Positions 23,995-32,981 of a DNA stretch of 45,305 nucleotides are shown here, one piece after another (position 1 is the first letter of the stretch; the number at the start of each line of letters is the position of its first letter). Made by a program: the position numbers and the translations under genes. Location of the stretch: the IMG/VR virus record IMGVR_UViG_3300045988_023147. One strand, given 5' to 3'. The notes under the pieces were generated by a model. The model saw nothing but the letters and a program-made list of their open reading frames with translations. It had not been told where the DNA came from and made no database searches. The stretch comes from a virus.

Positions 23995-25170
23995 ATGGCG
24001 AAGAAGAAAAGAAAGAAATACCCAAATCTACCAGCAGGTTTCGGCACGATCAGATATTTAGGAGCCGGCAGAAGGAACTGCTATGCCGTACATCCACCAG
24101 CGAAGGTCAATGAGCTTGGCAAAACTGTCCGTCCACCTGCGATTTGTTACGTGGACGACTATGTAAAGGGCTTTGCAGTCCTCACAGCTTACAAAGCCGG
24201 AACGTATCAACCTGGAATGGAGCGAGAATTGGAGATTGCCCCCACAACGGACGCAGATGCCCTTTTAAGCCGCATATTGGCAGACTACAATACAATTAAG
24301 GGTGTAGAGGATAAACACCCGGAAATCAAGAAATTGACGTTTACAGAGGTGTACGAACAATTCTGGGACTGGAAGTTTTCAAACGGAAAGCTTTCAAAAT
24401 CTTCAAAACAAAATTACGCTGCTGCCTTTAAAAATTGCAAAAAAATTCATGAACGAATTTTTGAAGATTTGAAAGCCACTGAAATGCAGGAAATTCTTGA
24501 CAACTGTCCTCTTAAACACGCAAGCATTGAATTAATCCTGAATTTATTCAAGCAGATGTACAAGTACGCCATTTTTGCGGAAATCGTATCTGACAACAAA
24601 TCCCAGTATTTGCGAATTACCGCAAGTGAGGACGATCAGCATGGAGTCCCTTTTACTGAAGAGAATCTTAAAACACTCTGGGAACATTCTTCGGATCCAG
24701 AAGTTCAGATGATTTTGATAATGTGTTATAGTGGCTGGCGCATTAATGAATTGGTAAATTTAGAAATAAATCTAAAAGAAAAATATTTTCGAGGTGGATC
24801 AAAAACAAATTCTGGAAAAAATAGAATTGTTCCAATCCATTCATGCATTTATGAATTTGTAAAGAAGAGAGTTGACCGTTACGAATGTTTAATCCCTTAC
24901 ACCACAAATCATTATAGAACAAGCTATTTTTGCCCGACTTTAGAAAAGTTAGGAATAATCGGGAATCCAAGGCATACACCGCATGATTGCAGGCACACGT
25001 TTTCAATGTTGTGCGAAAAATATGGAGTCATGGAAAATGACCGTAAGAGAATGCTTGGGCATTCATTCGGCGGCGATGTTACAAACTCTGTTTACGGTCA
25101 CCGGACATTGAAAGAACTCTGCGCAGAGATTGAGAAAATAAAAGTTCCGTTTGTGACTAATTGTGACTAA
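23995..25170 (+). CDS. int: Tyrosine integrase
   Basis: ATG 23995 (GAAGGAA RBS). Catalytic pattern WRINEL (R) ... HDCRHTF (HxxR) ... GHSFGGDVTNSVYGH (H...Y). Adjacent to attP-like repeats. Confidence 0.85.
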   Translation: MAKKKRKKYPNLPAGFGTIRYLGAGRRNCYAVHPPAKVNELGKTVRPPAICYVDDYVKGFAVLTAYKAGTYQPGMERELEIAPTTDADALLSRILADYNTIKGVEDKHPEIKKLTFTEVYEQFWDWKFSNGKLSKSSKQNYAAAFKNCKKIHERIFEDLKATEMQEILDNCPLKHASIELILNLFKQMYKYAIFAEIVSDNKSQYLRITASEDDQHGVPFTEENLKTLWEHSSDPEVQMILIMCYSGWRINELVNLEINLKEKYFRGGSKTNSGKNRIVPIHSCIYEFVKKRVDRYECLIPYTTNHYRTSYFCPTLEKLGIIGNPRHTPHDCRHTFSMLCEKYGVMENDRKRMLGHSFGGDVTNSVYGHRTLKELCAEIEKIKVPFVTNCD

Positions 25171-25393
25171 TCAGAATATTATAATATGCAATTAGTCACA
25201 ATAAAATGGAATAAGAAATATCTCGAACCCCGCATAAATACTGAAAGAACAAGATTTATTAACTGTTTTACAAATTTGATATTGCTTAAATATTTGTTGA
25301 TTCTGATTTTTTCGTCCATGTAGCTATTATACTGAATTTATAAGGTTTTTGCAAGTTTGTAAGATTATATATTGTGACTAATATGTGACTAAT
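25151..25393. promoter_or_regulatory. attP region with five arm-type repeats (T/A)TGTGACTAAT
   Basis: Direct copies at 25151-25161, 25161-25171, 25372-25382 and 25383-25393. Inverted copy at 25191-25201. ~170 bp AT-rich candidate core between them. Confidence 0.65.
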
Positions 25394-25446
25394 TAAATTA
25401 ATTTAAAATGGTATAAAATAAAAGATAATACAATATTTCTTCATGT

Positions 25447-25486
25447 AAAAAGACCTCCCAGGTATTCCCCGGGAGGTTTATTTTTA
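25447..25486. terminator. Bidirectional intrinsic terminator between int and endolysin
   Basis: ACCTCCC/GGGAGGT stem flanked by an A-run (5') and a T-run (3'). Confidence 0.75.
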
Positions 25487-26488
25487 CTTTTTCTGGATGT
25501 ATTTAGCTGACACGAATCCATAATATTTCCCAGCAATGCGGATATAAAACCAGCTTGTGCCGTCCTTTGCTTTCTGTGTGTAATTCATTATCTCTACTTC
25601 ATTTCCCTGGTTAAGCTTCGGGTATTTTTTAATGTTTGGATACTCGGTTCCAGCCCAGGTACGAACATTCAGAACAGTTGCAGCAACATTTCCTTTAAAG
25701 AGAACCTGGCTCCTATCCTGCTTGTCTGTGATAGTGGAAGATTCGGAATTTGCCTTTTCCGCCAGATATCCAGTCCAGATCCAGCCAATACCGATTCCAT
25801 CAACCTTAACGTGTGTCCACTTGCCGTTTGTTTTTCCGTCAGTTTCAACAACAGTTCCTTTATTGATTGAACCCATAACGTAACCATTCGGTGCTTCACG
25901 GACGTACAAGTCATTTACTGTTGCTACTCTGGTTCCTGTCTTTTTCCAAGAAGTGATATCTTCATAGGTTTCCCAATCAATCCAAACATATCCATCAATG
26001 GAAGAATCACTGATTAAATAGGACTTATTTCGGACTGCACCGCCATTTGCTACTACTCCAGCTGCACTAGAAGTATTTCCTTCGTTTGTATAGATTCTCG
26101 AGCTATCAAAACTCTGAATATCAGCCACATGGGAGCCATTTCGGAAGATTACAAGCGCACCTACCTTTGGAGTATTGTGCCAAGTACCTTTTTTCTTAGC
26201 CCAATTAGTGATTGATACACAATTGTAAAAACCTCCGCCCATAATCTGTAAGGCTTTTGTGATTCCTAAAACATTAACCAATTTCCAAAACTGGTACTCC
26301 GCACACCACGGCTGCCCCTGGCATCCTGGTTGCCCCCATGAATTTACATCACGTGCAAATTTGGTGTAATTATTGTATCCTGCATTCTTTTTAAAATCAT
26401 CCAGATAGGCATTACTTTTCTTTTCCAGATATCCGCCATCTGCAGCATACTGATCACCGAGGTTAAGAAATTCCTGTAATTTGCTCAT
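25484..26488 (-). CDS. Endolysin: N-terminal CHAP-type amidase/peptidase plus two SH3b-like wall-binding repeats
   Basis: ATG 26488 (GAAAGGAA RBS). GQPWCAEYQFW (catalytic Cys) and NGSHVADI (His). C-terminal repeats VNDLYVREAPNG... and TVLNVRTWAGTEYP... Confidence 0.8.
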   Translation of the reverse strand: MSKLQEFLNLGDQYAADGGYLEKKSNAYLDDFKKNAGYNNYTKFARDVNSWGQPGCQGQPWCAEYQFWKLVNVLGITKALQIMGGGFYNCVSITNWAKKKGTWHNTPKVGALVIFRNGSHVADIQSFDSSRIYTNEGNTSSAAGVVANGGAVRNKSYLISDSSIDGYVWIDWETYEDITSWKKTGTRVATVNDLYVREAPNGYVMGSINKGTVVETDGKTNGKWTHVKVDGIGIGWIWTGYLAEKANSESSTITDKQDRSQVLFKGNVAATVLNVRTWAGTEYPNIKKYPKLNQGNEVEIMNYTQKAKDGTSWFYIRIAGKYYGFVSAKYIQKK

Positions 26489-26555
26489 TATATCATTCCT
26501 TTCATATTTGTTAAGTCTATGATATCTTCTCTTTAAATAAATTACATCCCCCACT

Positions 26556-27554
26556 TTAAGCCACAGACTTACGATGATTTCTTTTAACGTCCTCATCACA
26601 GGTTTTTGCGTACACCATTGTTGTGTTTACATTTGCGTGGCCTAGCATTCTCTGTACATCTGTTATTGGGGTATCTTTTCGGAGCATATCTGTGGCAACT
26701 GTGTGGCGGAAGAGATGAGGGAACAGATCTCTGCCTATTCCAGATCGTTTTCCAAGGTTCCTGATTACTCTTTCAATAGCTTCCTTTTTTAGTCCATTGT
26801 GTGGTTTTCTCTCTGAAACAAACAAGTATTCAGATTGATCAGTTCTTGTGTTGAGATATTCTTTTAAATATAGGATAGACTTTGCGCTCAAATAGGAAGT
26901 TCTATATTTACTGCCTTTCCCAAATAATGTCACTTCTCCTTTTTCAAAACTTACATCTGATATTTTTATATTACATGCTTCTGTTACTCGCGCCCCTGTG
27001 CTGTATAGAAACTCCACAAGGGCTTTTTCCCGGATTGTTTTACAGGCTATTCTTACTTTTTCCAGTTCAATGGAAGTAAGTCCTTCTCTTTCTTTTCTCT
27101 GATATTTAATTTTTTTGATAGATCTACATGGATTTTTCTCAATATATCCTTCATCAGTTGCCCAGGTAAAAAATGCATGAATAGCAGCCCTGCGACTATC
27201 AAGTGTGCGATCACTTATGTTTCGCTGCTTTTGTACCTGATATAGATATACTCTTATATCATTTGCTGTGATTTCTTCAAATCCTTTGTTTACTGCAAAA
27301 AAGAAATCGTCCAGATAAAGATTGTATTGTTCCAATGTTTTTTCACTTAATCCTTCTATTTTTCTGCTCACAAAATATATTTTGTAACATCCCGGAAGAT
27401 ATCCGGTGTACTGTCCAACTGCTGTTTCCCTTTGGCTCAAATCATAGTCTTCTATGTATAAGAAAAGTTCATTTTTAACTATCTTAAGAGTTTCTTCTGG
27501 TATCTTTTCGTATAGATTGGTGATAAATTGATTTACAAATTGATCCTTATCCAT
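26556..27554 (-). CDS. Second tyrosine recombinase, XerC/XerD-like (332 aa)
   Basis: SAM-like N-domain (ITANDIRVYLYQV...AAIHAFFTWA). Catalytic STGARVTEA (R), HLFRHTVAT (HxxR), LGHANVNTTMVYA (H...Y). GGAGGG RBS. Confidence 0.85.
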   Translation of the reverse strand: MDKDQFVNQFITNLYEKIPEETLKIVKNELFLYIEDYDLSQRETAVGQYTGYLPGCYKIYFVSRKIEGLSEKTLEQYNLYLDDFFFAVNKGFEEITANDIRVYLYQVQKQRNISDRTLDSRRAAIHAFFTWATDEGYIEKNPCRSIKKIKYQRKEREGLTSIELEKVRIACKTIREKALVEFLYSTGARVTEACNIKISDVSFEKGEVTLFGKGSKYRTSYLSAKSILYLKEYLNTRTDQSEYLFVSERKPHNGLKKEAIERVIRNLGKRSGIGRDLFPHLFRHTVATDMLRKDTPITDVQRMLGHANVNTTMVYAKTCDEDVKRNHRKSVA

Positions 27555-27574
27555 AAAAATACCCTCCTTTTGGG

Positions 27575-27603
27575 TTCACAAAGGGAAGGTACTATGTTAT
27601 AAT
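27575..27603 (+). promoter_or_regulatory. Strong plus-strand promoter inside the AbrB-recombinase intergenic region
   Basis: TTCACA (27575-27580), 17-nt spacer, extended -10 TGtTATAAT (27595-27603). Confidence 0.6.
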
Positions 27604-27609
27604 ATAACC

Positions 27610-27673
27610 GTACCCTTTGTGGTGCTTGGAGTTGGACTTTTTGTTTGGTAGACTGGGAGTCCAGCTCCTTTTT
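27610..27673 (+). ncRNA. Candidate ~65-nt antisense sRNA (promoter-to-terminator unit) opposite the AbrB-like/recombinase intercistronic mRNA
   Basis: Predicted +1 near 27610. 11-bp terminator stem 27628-27638/27658-27668 whose single non-WC pair is a G-U only in the plus sense, followed by UUUUU (27669-27673). No plus-strand ORF. Confidence 0.45.
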
Positions 27674-27828
27674 CATGCTTTCTTAATTGTTATCTTTTCT
27701 TCGTCACATTCGAGAATTACTTTTCGATCTTCTTTCGTAACTCCAATCATTCGGACGGCTTCAGCTGGAAGTGATACTTTGTAATTGACAGATTCTTTTC
27801 CAGCGTTTCCGCCGACTTTGTTTATCAT
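27673..27828 (-). CDS. AbrB/SpoVT/MazE-type looped-hinge-helix DNA-binding protein (51 aa)
   Basis: ATG 27828 (GAAAGGAA RBS). VSLPAEAVRMIGVTKEDRKVILECDEEKITIKK matches the SpoVT-AbrB pattern. Confidence 0.6.
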   Translation of the reverse strand: MINKVGGNAGKESVNYKVSLPAEAVRMIGVTKEDRKVILECDEEKITIKKA

Positions 27829-27881
27829 GATGTTCCTTTCTACTTTTATTAATCTCACCCCCCTATAATGCTTGTGAGATT

Positions 27882-27910
27882 ATTATATGCTATTGGTGTC
27901 CAATAGTCAA
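27882..27910 (-). promoter_or_regulatory. Consensus-like promoter driving the AbrB-like/recombinase(/endolysin) unit
   Basis: Minus sense TTGACT, 17-nt spacer, TATAAT. The spacer contains the palindrome ATTGGACACCAAT. Confidence 0.6.
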
Positions 27911-27926
27911 TCAGAAGATTAATTGC

Positions 27927-27950
27927 TTCGCTAAAGTCTGCTTTAGCGAA
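27927..27950 (-). terminator. Perfect 10-bp hairpin immediately after the tail-fibre stop codon
   Basis: TTCGCTAAAG/CTTTAGCGAA with a 4-nt loop. No clear U-run, so it may be an RNA-end-stabilising or partial terminator element. Confidence 0.45.
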
Positions 27951-29816
27951 TTAACTGATACTACGGATAAATCCCGTAACTGTTCTTCCCATAACCTTAT
28001 GCCCCTCTGTGCCTGGATGTACAAGATCTTTTGAACCATCAGCAGAAGTTCGTGTGAAAAGAACATTTTGCATACTCGTTATATTGGGATCAATAGGACA
28101 ATTCGCATACATATCACAACAGTAAATACTGTATTGTCTACATTTTACTATTAGAGCATCAACAAAATCCTCTAATTTTAATCCGAGAGTATTATCTGCC
28201 TTATAAATTCCTCTTTTAATCGGTGTCATCATTACTACAGGTATAGTTGGATATTTCTCTTTCAGTGCTGGTAGAAGAATATTTAATGCACCGTTAAAAG
28301 TTGTATTGTCTAAGCTGTCAAAATCTCCCAAAAGCGTATTTCCATGCGCCCAATCGTTTGTTCCCGCTGCAATTATAACGAGATCAATGCCACTATCTGG
28401 ATAATTCATATACCGCAAAACAATAGAATGCTCAGGATCATTTTTCCCAGCTTCATTACTGATTGTACTCCCTCCGATTCCCTTCCATCCGTCTGCATAT
28501 CCCTCATTTCCAAGTCCGACAACAGATGTATCAAGTATCATATCAAGTGCCATTGCAACATTAAACTGCCAAAAATTGGATGTATAGGCATGTGTAATGC
28601 TATCTCCATCTACCCATAGTCTCTTTCCACGCCAGGGATTAGCCGGATGTAACGGGTCATATTTTGCGAACTCGTAATACGGTTCGTACTCAATTCCGTA
28701 AGTACCCTTTATAATCATTAAATCTTTAAGAGCATCGTTATTTTCAACTGCCGTAGTAGAAAATCTAATATATTTTGTTGTAGAATAAGTCGTAATTTTA
28801 ACGCCTCGTACGTTTACGTTGATATTGCTTTCTAAGTTAGGAAGCAATATGGTTGCTCTCTGTATTAAACTATCCGCCGTATTCCCACTGAACTCTGCAA
28901 AAATGATATTAAAACTTTTTTTTAATGAACCAGTAATAAAATAATCGGTATCAGGTTCAACTGGTATGAACTCACTTCTCCTCAATTTCAATGTTTGACC
29001 GCCAGTTTCATCTGCATATTTACCGAACGTATCATTTTTATAGTTGTACAGATTTTTACCGTGCTCAGTAATCATAGAATTATCAGCAGATTGATATTCC
29101 TTTTCCTCTACATATTCAAATTCTACTGGCTTTCCATCTTCAATTCTCTTAATCGCAAGTATATTTCCAACTTCATACCCATTTCCGTTGTACATAGCAT
29201 CATGTGCCGACTTGTATTCACTAAAAAATGTATCATTCGGTTTTTTTATCACGAACGGAACATAATCAGTTGCAAATGTTCCTTCTTCCAACTGGCAGCC
29301 AATAATTTTTTTTGCGTTATCCTTTGAGAATGCTCCAAATCTGATTTTGCTGAATCCATCAGGAATCACAACTGTCGCATTGTTTACAGCACCTCCTACT
29401 TGTGGGTTTTTATCATATGCACGCGTATTTCCATTATCATCAGCAAAACCAATAGAGAAAGCACTCGGCGAAGTAGACGGGTTGCTAATTGTGTATGAAG
29501 CACCACTTTGAACATTAATCCAATCGGATGATATACATCCAGATACATTACGATCAAATGTTCCTGCGCGAGTATTTTGAAGCAATTTGGCTTCATTGAA
29601 AAGGTTTTTCGATTTAATTTCTACTACTAAATCTTCCTTTAGCGAAGCAATTGCTTCATCCGTTTTTTTGTTTTTTTTGCCAACTACGGCGGCATCAGCG
29701 AAGCCACCTTCAACGGTTAAGCTTGGATCTGATGTTGGTATGTCTAAGATACTTCCATATGGCAGCTGTCTTTTTTTTCCGTCTGCAGTCACAATTCCTT
29801 TAAATGTATCAGTCAT
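27951..29816 (-). CDS. Tail fibre / receptor-binding protein with C-terminal SGNH (GDSL) hydrolase domain
   Basis: LWVDGDSITHAY (block I), GTNDW (block III), DLVHPGTEGH (block V) in the last ~230 aa. Position distal to the tail-tip protein. Confidence 0.7.
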   Translation of the reverse strand: MTDTFKGIVTADGKKRQLPYGSILDIPTSDPSLTVEGGFADAAVVGKKNKKTDEAIASLKEDLVVEIKSKNLFNEAKLLQNTRAGTFDRNVSGCISSDWINVQSGASYTISNPSTSPSAFSIGFADDNGNTRAYDKNPQVGGAVNNATVVIPDGFSKIRFGAFSKDNAKKIIGCQLEEGTFATDYVPFVIKKPNDTFFSEYKSAHDAMYNGNGYEVGNILAIKRIEDGKPVEFEYVEEKEYQSADNSMITEHGKNLYNYKNDTFGKYADETGGQTLKLRRSEFIPVEPDTDYFITGSLKKSFNIIFAEFSGNTADSLIQRATILLPNLESNINVNVRGVKITTYSTTKYIRFSTTAVENNDALKDLMIIKGTYGIEYEPYYEFAKYDPLHPANPWRGKRLWVDGDSITHAYTSNFWQFNVAMALDMILDTSVVGLGNEGYADGWKGIGGSTISNEAGKNDPEHSIVLRYMNYPDSGIDLVIIAAGTNDWAHGNTLLGDFDSLDNTTFNGALNILLPALKEKYPTIPVVMMTPIKRGIYKADNTLGLKLEDFVDALIVKCRQYSIYCCDMYANCPIDPNITSMQNVLFTRTSADGSKDLVHPGTEGHKVMGRTVTGFIRSIS

Positions 29817-29819
29817 TTT

Positions 29820-32800
29820 TTATTCTCCTTTCAATATTAGTTTCTTCAGATCTTGCAGTTCAGATTTCAGATTCTTCAGCTCGGCCTGGATGGATGATAT
29901 TTTTTTATGATCGTTTTTGATCATGGAAAACATGCATGGAATCATGATTCGGTAGTTCCAGTTTTCGGCGCGGCCTTGATCGTCATGGTCCGCTGCGATT
30001 GAAAACTTGTTATCGATATCTTCGGCCAAGAACATTGGCATTTCTTTTCCGTAACGCTCATCTTTTTCTGATAGATATTCGTCTTTATATTTTGCCCAGA
30101 CTACCTTAATATCATATAGATCTTCTATATCCTTTTCTTCAACTGGATTTCCAACAACCTTATATCGGCTTGATGAAGATGAAGCATATCCCGTAAATGT
30201 ACTATACGGGTTGAACATCACCGTGTTTCCACCCGTAAGTGCCTTCATTCCAACAAGTCGAAAAGAATTTTTCATTTTCAGCACCAAGTCCCCTGTTATG
30301 GCTTCCAAAACCACATTTCTTCCATCTTCATACTGTGCCGATAGATCAAGCAATCCATCTGTTTCTTCTCCATATCCTGCAGTTGCTACGGACTCCTTTA
30401 TTTGAAACCATTCTTCTCCTTTTATATTTTTGAATCCAACAGAGTTATTAATTTGTGTAATAAGATTTCCGCTGGCATCGTACACTTCAAAGATTCCATA
30501 TCCATTATTCGGGCCTCCAAGCTTCAGCGTGCCACCTTTTGCGTATGTGAATGATATATATAACTGATTTCCTTCTTTGTAGATTCCTTTAATTGCTCCA
30601 TCATCTGTGAGAAGATTGAAGATCTGCTCATGTGTGAGGGCGGCTACATCAATCAGGATCGGGATGGTTTGGGTATCTAATGGGGTAGTGGTGCCGCCGG
30701 CTGCATATAAGGTGAAGCGTACCGAAATGATGCTTTCTCCCAGTAGGCTTACCAGGCAACTCCTTTTTGTTTCATCTTCAGTAGAGTAACTGAGGGATTT
30801 GAAATCAGTTCCGTTAGTTGATGTTTCAATCTTCCATCGTCCGGCATATGCAGTTCTCTCTGCGCTGGATCCGTCTCTGTAATATGCACGGCCCTCTACT
30901 GTTGTAGGGGATACAATCTTATTCTGCCCACGTTTCAATATGTTGGCAGAAAGCTCTATGAAGTACGTTCGTCCAGCTTCTCCCTGCTCTCCCTTTTTTC
31001 CTGCATAAATCTTGGAAACCGAGAATCTTTTAGTAACAGATAATGTGCTTATGTATGTGGCTTTTACATCCACCCATCCGGAGTCGGCTGTTAAATCTGT
31101 TACGGTGTAGGTTTTGGTTGATGAGTTCCAGGATCCGGTTATACTGTTTGATGTTGAAATGGTGTAAGTACATTCTGAGGTTATATCCTTGGTTCCGTAC
31201 ATTACTGCTGCCTTTGTGGTTACACCGGTTGGGAAGGTTCCGTAATTTCCGTTTGAATCAACTGTAATTCCCTGATATTCGTTGCTCAGCTGAAGAGTCA
31301 TATTCTTGGCCAAAGCTGCTGCCTGCATGGCATTTTCTGCAGCATCCTGAATATCTTTAATTGTTTTTCCGCCACCTATTTGAACGGATCCGTCCATATA
31401 TACTTTTTTGGTGTCCATATCTGCCTGGAAGATTATCTTTCCATCTGCATCAATTACTGTGAATGCTCCTGAGTTTACATAATAAGCATTGATACCTTCT
31501 GCATATAAAAGCCTGGTTATCGTGGTCCCATCAAAAATAAATCCATATGGATAAGTTTCTCCCCCATCATTGGATACTCCTATTCCACTTGCTGTGATCT
31601 TTATTACCGTTCTTGATTCTTTCAAAGTCGGCTTATCGTGCAGATATGTGATGATGCTTCCATCTTCAAGCTCTACATTTGATTCGTACAGGCCTGATGA
31701 GTTCTGTAATGCTGTCTCCAGCTTTTTTACCGCCTGCTGCCGTTCATTTTTTTCTATATTAACAAGATTCTTCGCAATTTGAATCGTTTTTTCTGTGTTG
31801 GAAAGGAACTTACTTTCTCCCCGGATGGGATCCTCTGCCTGGGTTTTTACAGTTGTAGTGGAATTAAGGCTGCTTGTTATGTCTGTGATCGGAGTAATAT
31901 ATTTATTCTCCCTTCGATCATAGGTGAAAGCCATATCCCCAAATTCTGATATCGGATTATATGCAAGATCTCCTTCCAAGCTCCTGAATGCCTTTCCAAT
32001 CAGGTTGTCCCCAATCCATCCGGCTACAGTTCCAAGATCGGCATCACTAAGCAAATCATTCTCCAATTCCAGGACGTACCCATCTTTTCCGTACATGGCA
32101 TCTGATTCCGTATTTTTCACCTTGATTCCGGTGATTACGATATCATCACTGGAAAGTGTAGGGAATGATACATAATCCCTTAATCTTGGAGGGTTTCCAA
32201 CTCCTTCTCGGAGTGTCAGGAAGCCCTCGCTATCTAAGTACCAATTTCCAGCATTTGGAGAGATGAATCCGTTGGAATCTGCGCTTGATCCGCCTCCAAA
32301 TACAAGATATCCATCAGCCCCGACTGTGGCTCCGTAATCTACTGATACTGAATCGAAATCCCATTTGATCAACTGTAAATTACCATTTACATCCAACCTC
32401 GCATTAGCCGAATCCAACATAGCTATCCAGCCGATCAGCTGCCGGAAAGTAATTCCATCCGGAATGCTGTTGATCACCACGTTCCCATGTTCCATAGATG
32501 AAAATCCCATAGAGATTCCAATAGTTGCGCAGGCATCCCTAAGCAATGTAAAAGCCGGCTGTGGAAGCACCAGGTTGCTTGTATAAGATGCATTGGCTTT
32601 GTACATATCATCCAGTGCGGTGAATTCAAGGACTTCACCGTACTGTTCCGGAGTTGTAATGGTGTATGTTCCCTTTTTTATGGTTTCCACAACACTATCA
32701 GTTACTTGCATTTTGAGGTAGGCGGTTAATTTTGCTTTGTAAAAGTAGTAATCCTTCCACTGGTCCTCTGTGTTATCCAGGCTCAGTGTCATTGACTTAC

Positions 32801-32981
32801 ATATTGTGGTTCCAATCGGAAAGCTGCTGCTTTCTGCGCAGTCCGTGAAGGTTCCTCCACCTACCAGGATTTCACTGTCCAAGGTCTTTTTTCTTCCATC
32901 CGCAAAGGTGATATCCACTACTTCATATAGTTTTTCGCCCTCTGCAAGTGCATCTTTGAATGCCTTTGAAACATTAATCAA
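29820..32981 (-). CDS. Tail tip/fibre protein (1053 aa) with C-terminal self-cleaving intramolecular chaperone (peptidase S74-like) domain
   Basis: Follows the Dit-position gene. C-terminal SSSSSRYKVVGNPVEEKD ... FLAEDID ... coiled-coil ending is typical of S74 chaperone domains. Confidence 0.65.
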   Translation of the reverse strand: MINVSKAFKDALAEGEKLYEVVDITFADGRKKTLDSEILVGGGTFTDCAESSSFPIGTTICKSMTLSLDNTEDQWKDYYFYKAKLTAYLKMQVTDSVVETIKKGTYTITTPEQYGEVLEFTALDDMYKANASYTSNLVLPQPAFTLLRDACATIGISMGFSSMEHGNVVINSIPDGITFRQLIGWIAMLDSANARLDVNGNLQLIKWDFDSVSVDYGATVGADGYLVFGGGSSADSNGFISPNAGNWYLDSEGFLTLREGVGNPPRLRDYVSFPTLSSDDIVITGIKVKNTESDAMYGKDGYVLELENDLLSDADLGTVAGWIGDNLIGKAFRSLEGDLAYNPISEFGDMAFTYDRRENKYITPITDITSSLNSTTTVKTQAEDPIRGESKFLSNTEKTIQIAKNLVNIEKNERQQAVKKLETALQNSSGLYESNVELEDGSIITYLHDKPTLKESRTVIKITASGIGVSNDGGETYPYGFIFDGTTITRLLYAEGINAYYVNSGAFTVIDADGKIIFQADMDTKKVYMDGSVQIGGGKTIKDIQDAAENAMQAAALAKNMTLQLSNEYQGITVDSNGNYGTFPTGVTTKAAVMYGTKDITSECTYTISTSNSITGSWNSSTKTYTVTDLTADSGWVDVKATYISTLSVTKRFSVSKIYAGKKGEQGEAGRTYFIELSANILKRGQNKIVSPTTVEGRAYYRDGSSAERTAYAGRWKIETSTNGTDFKSLSYSTEDETKRSCLVSLLGESIISVRFTLYAAGGTTTPLDTQTIPILIDVAALTHEQIFNLLTDDGAIKGIYKEGNQLYISFTYAKGGTLKLGGPNNGYGIFEVYDASGNLITQINNSVGFKNIKGEEWFQIKESVATAGYGEETDGLLDLSAQYEDGRNVVLEAITGDLVLKMKNSFRLVGMKALTGGNTVMFNPYSTFTGYASSSSSRYKVVGNPVEEKDIEDLYDIKVVWAKYKDEYLSEKDERYGKEMPMFLAEDIDNKFSIAADHDDQGRAENWNYRIMIPCMFSMIKNDHKKISSIQAELKNLKSELQDLKKLILKGE

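Noticed and set aside
25221-25236. tRNA T-loop-like string in attP (minus sense GCGGGGTTCGAGA) as a possible core identical to a host tRNA gene
   Set aside because: The complementary 3' half of the T stem is absent. About 11 nt of similarity is not enough, and a host sequence is needed to decide.
26541-26560. Possible third copy of the late box (minus sense AAAGTGGGGGATGTAA) upstream of the endolysin
   Set aside because: Only the GTGGGG core matches. It overlaps the recombinase stop codon, and no -10 sits at the conserved 22-nt spacing.
27591-27612. dif-like site (CTATGTTATAAT resembles the TTATGTTAAAT XerD arm) next to the Xer-like recombinase
   Set aside because: There is no matching XerC-type arm with a 6-bp central region in either orientation. 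The similarity is confined to 7 AT-rich bases.
27951-32981. Shufflon or invertible tail-fibre cassettes acted on by the second recombinase
   Set aside because: There are no alternative C-terminal fibre segments on the opposite strand. I found no repeated recombination sites within or flanking the fibre genes. The only inverted repeat near the recombinase brackets just 17 bp.
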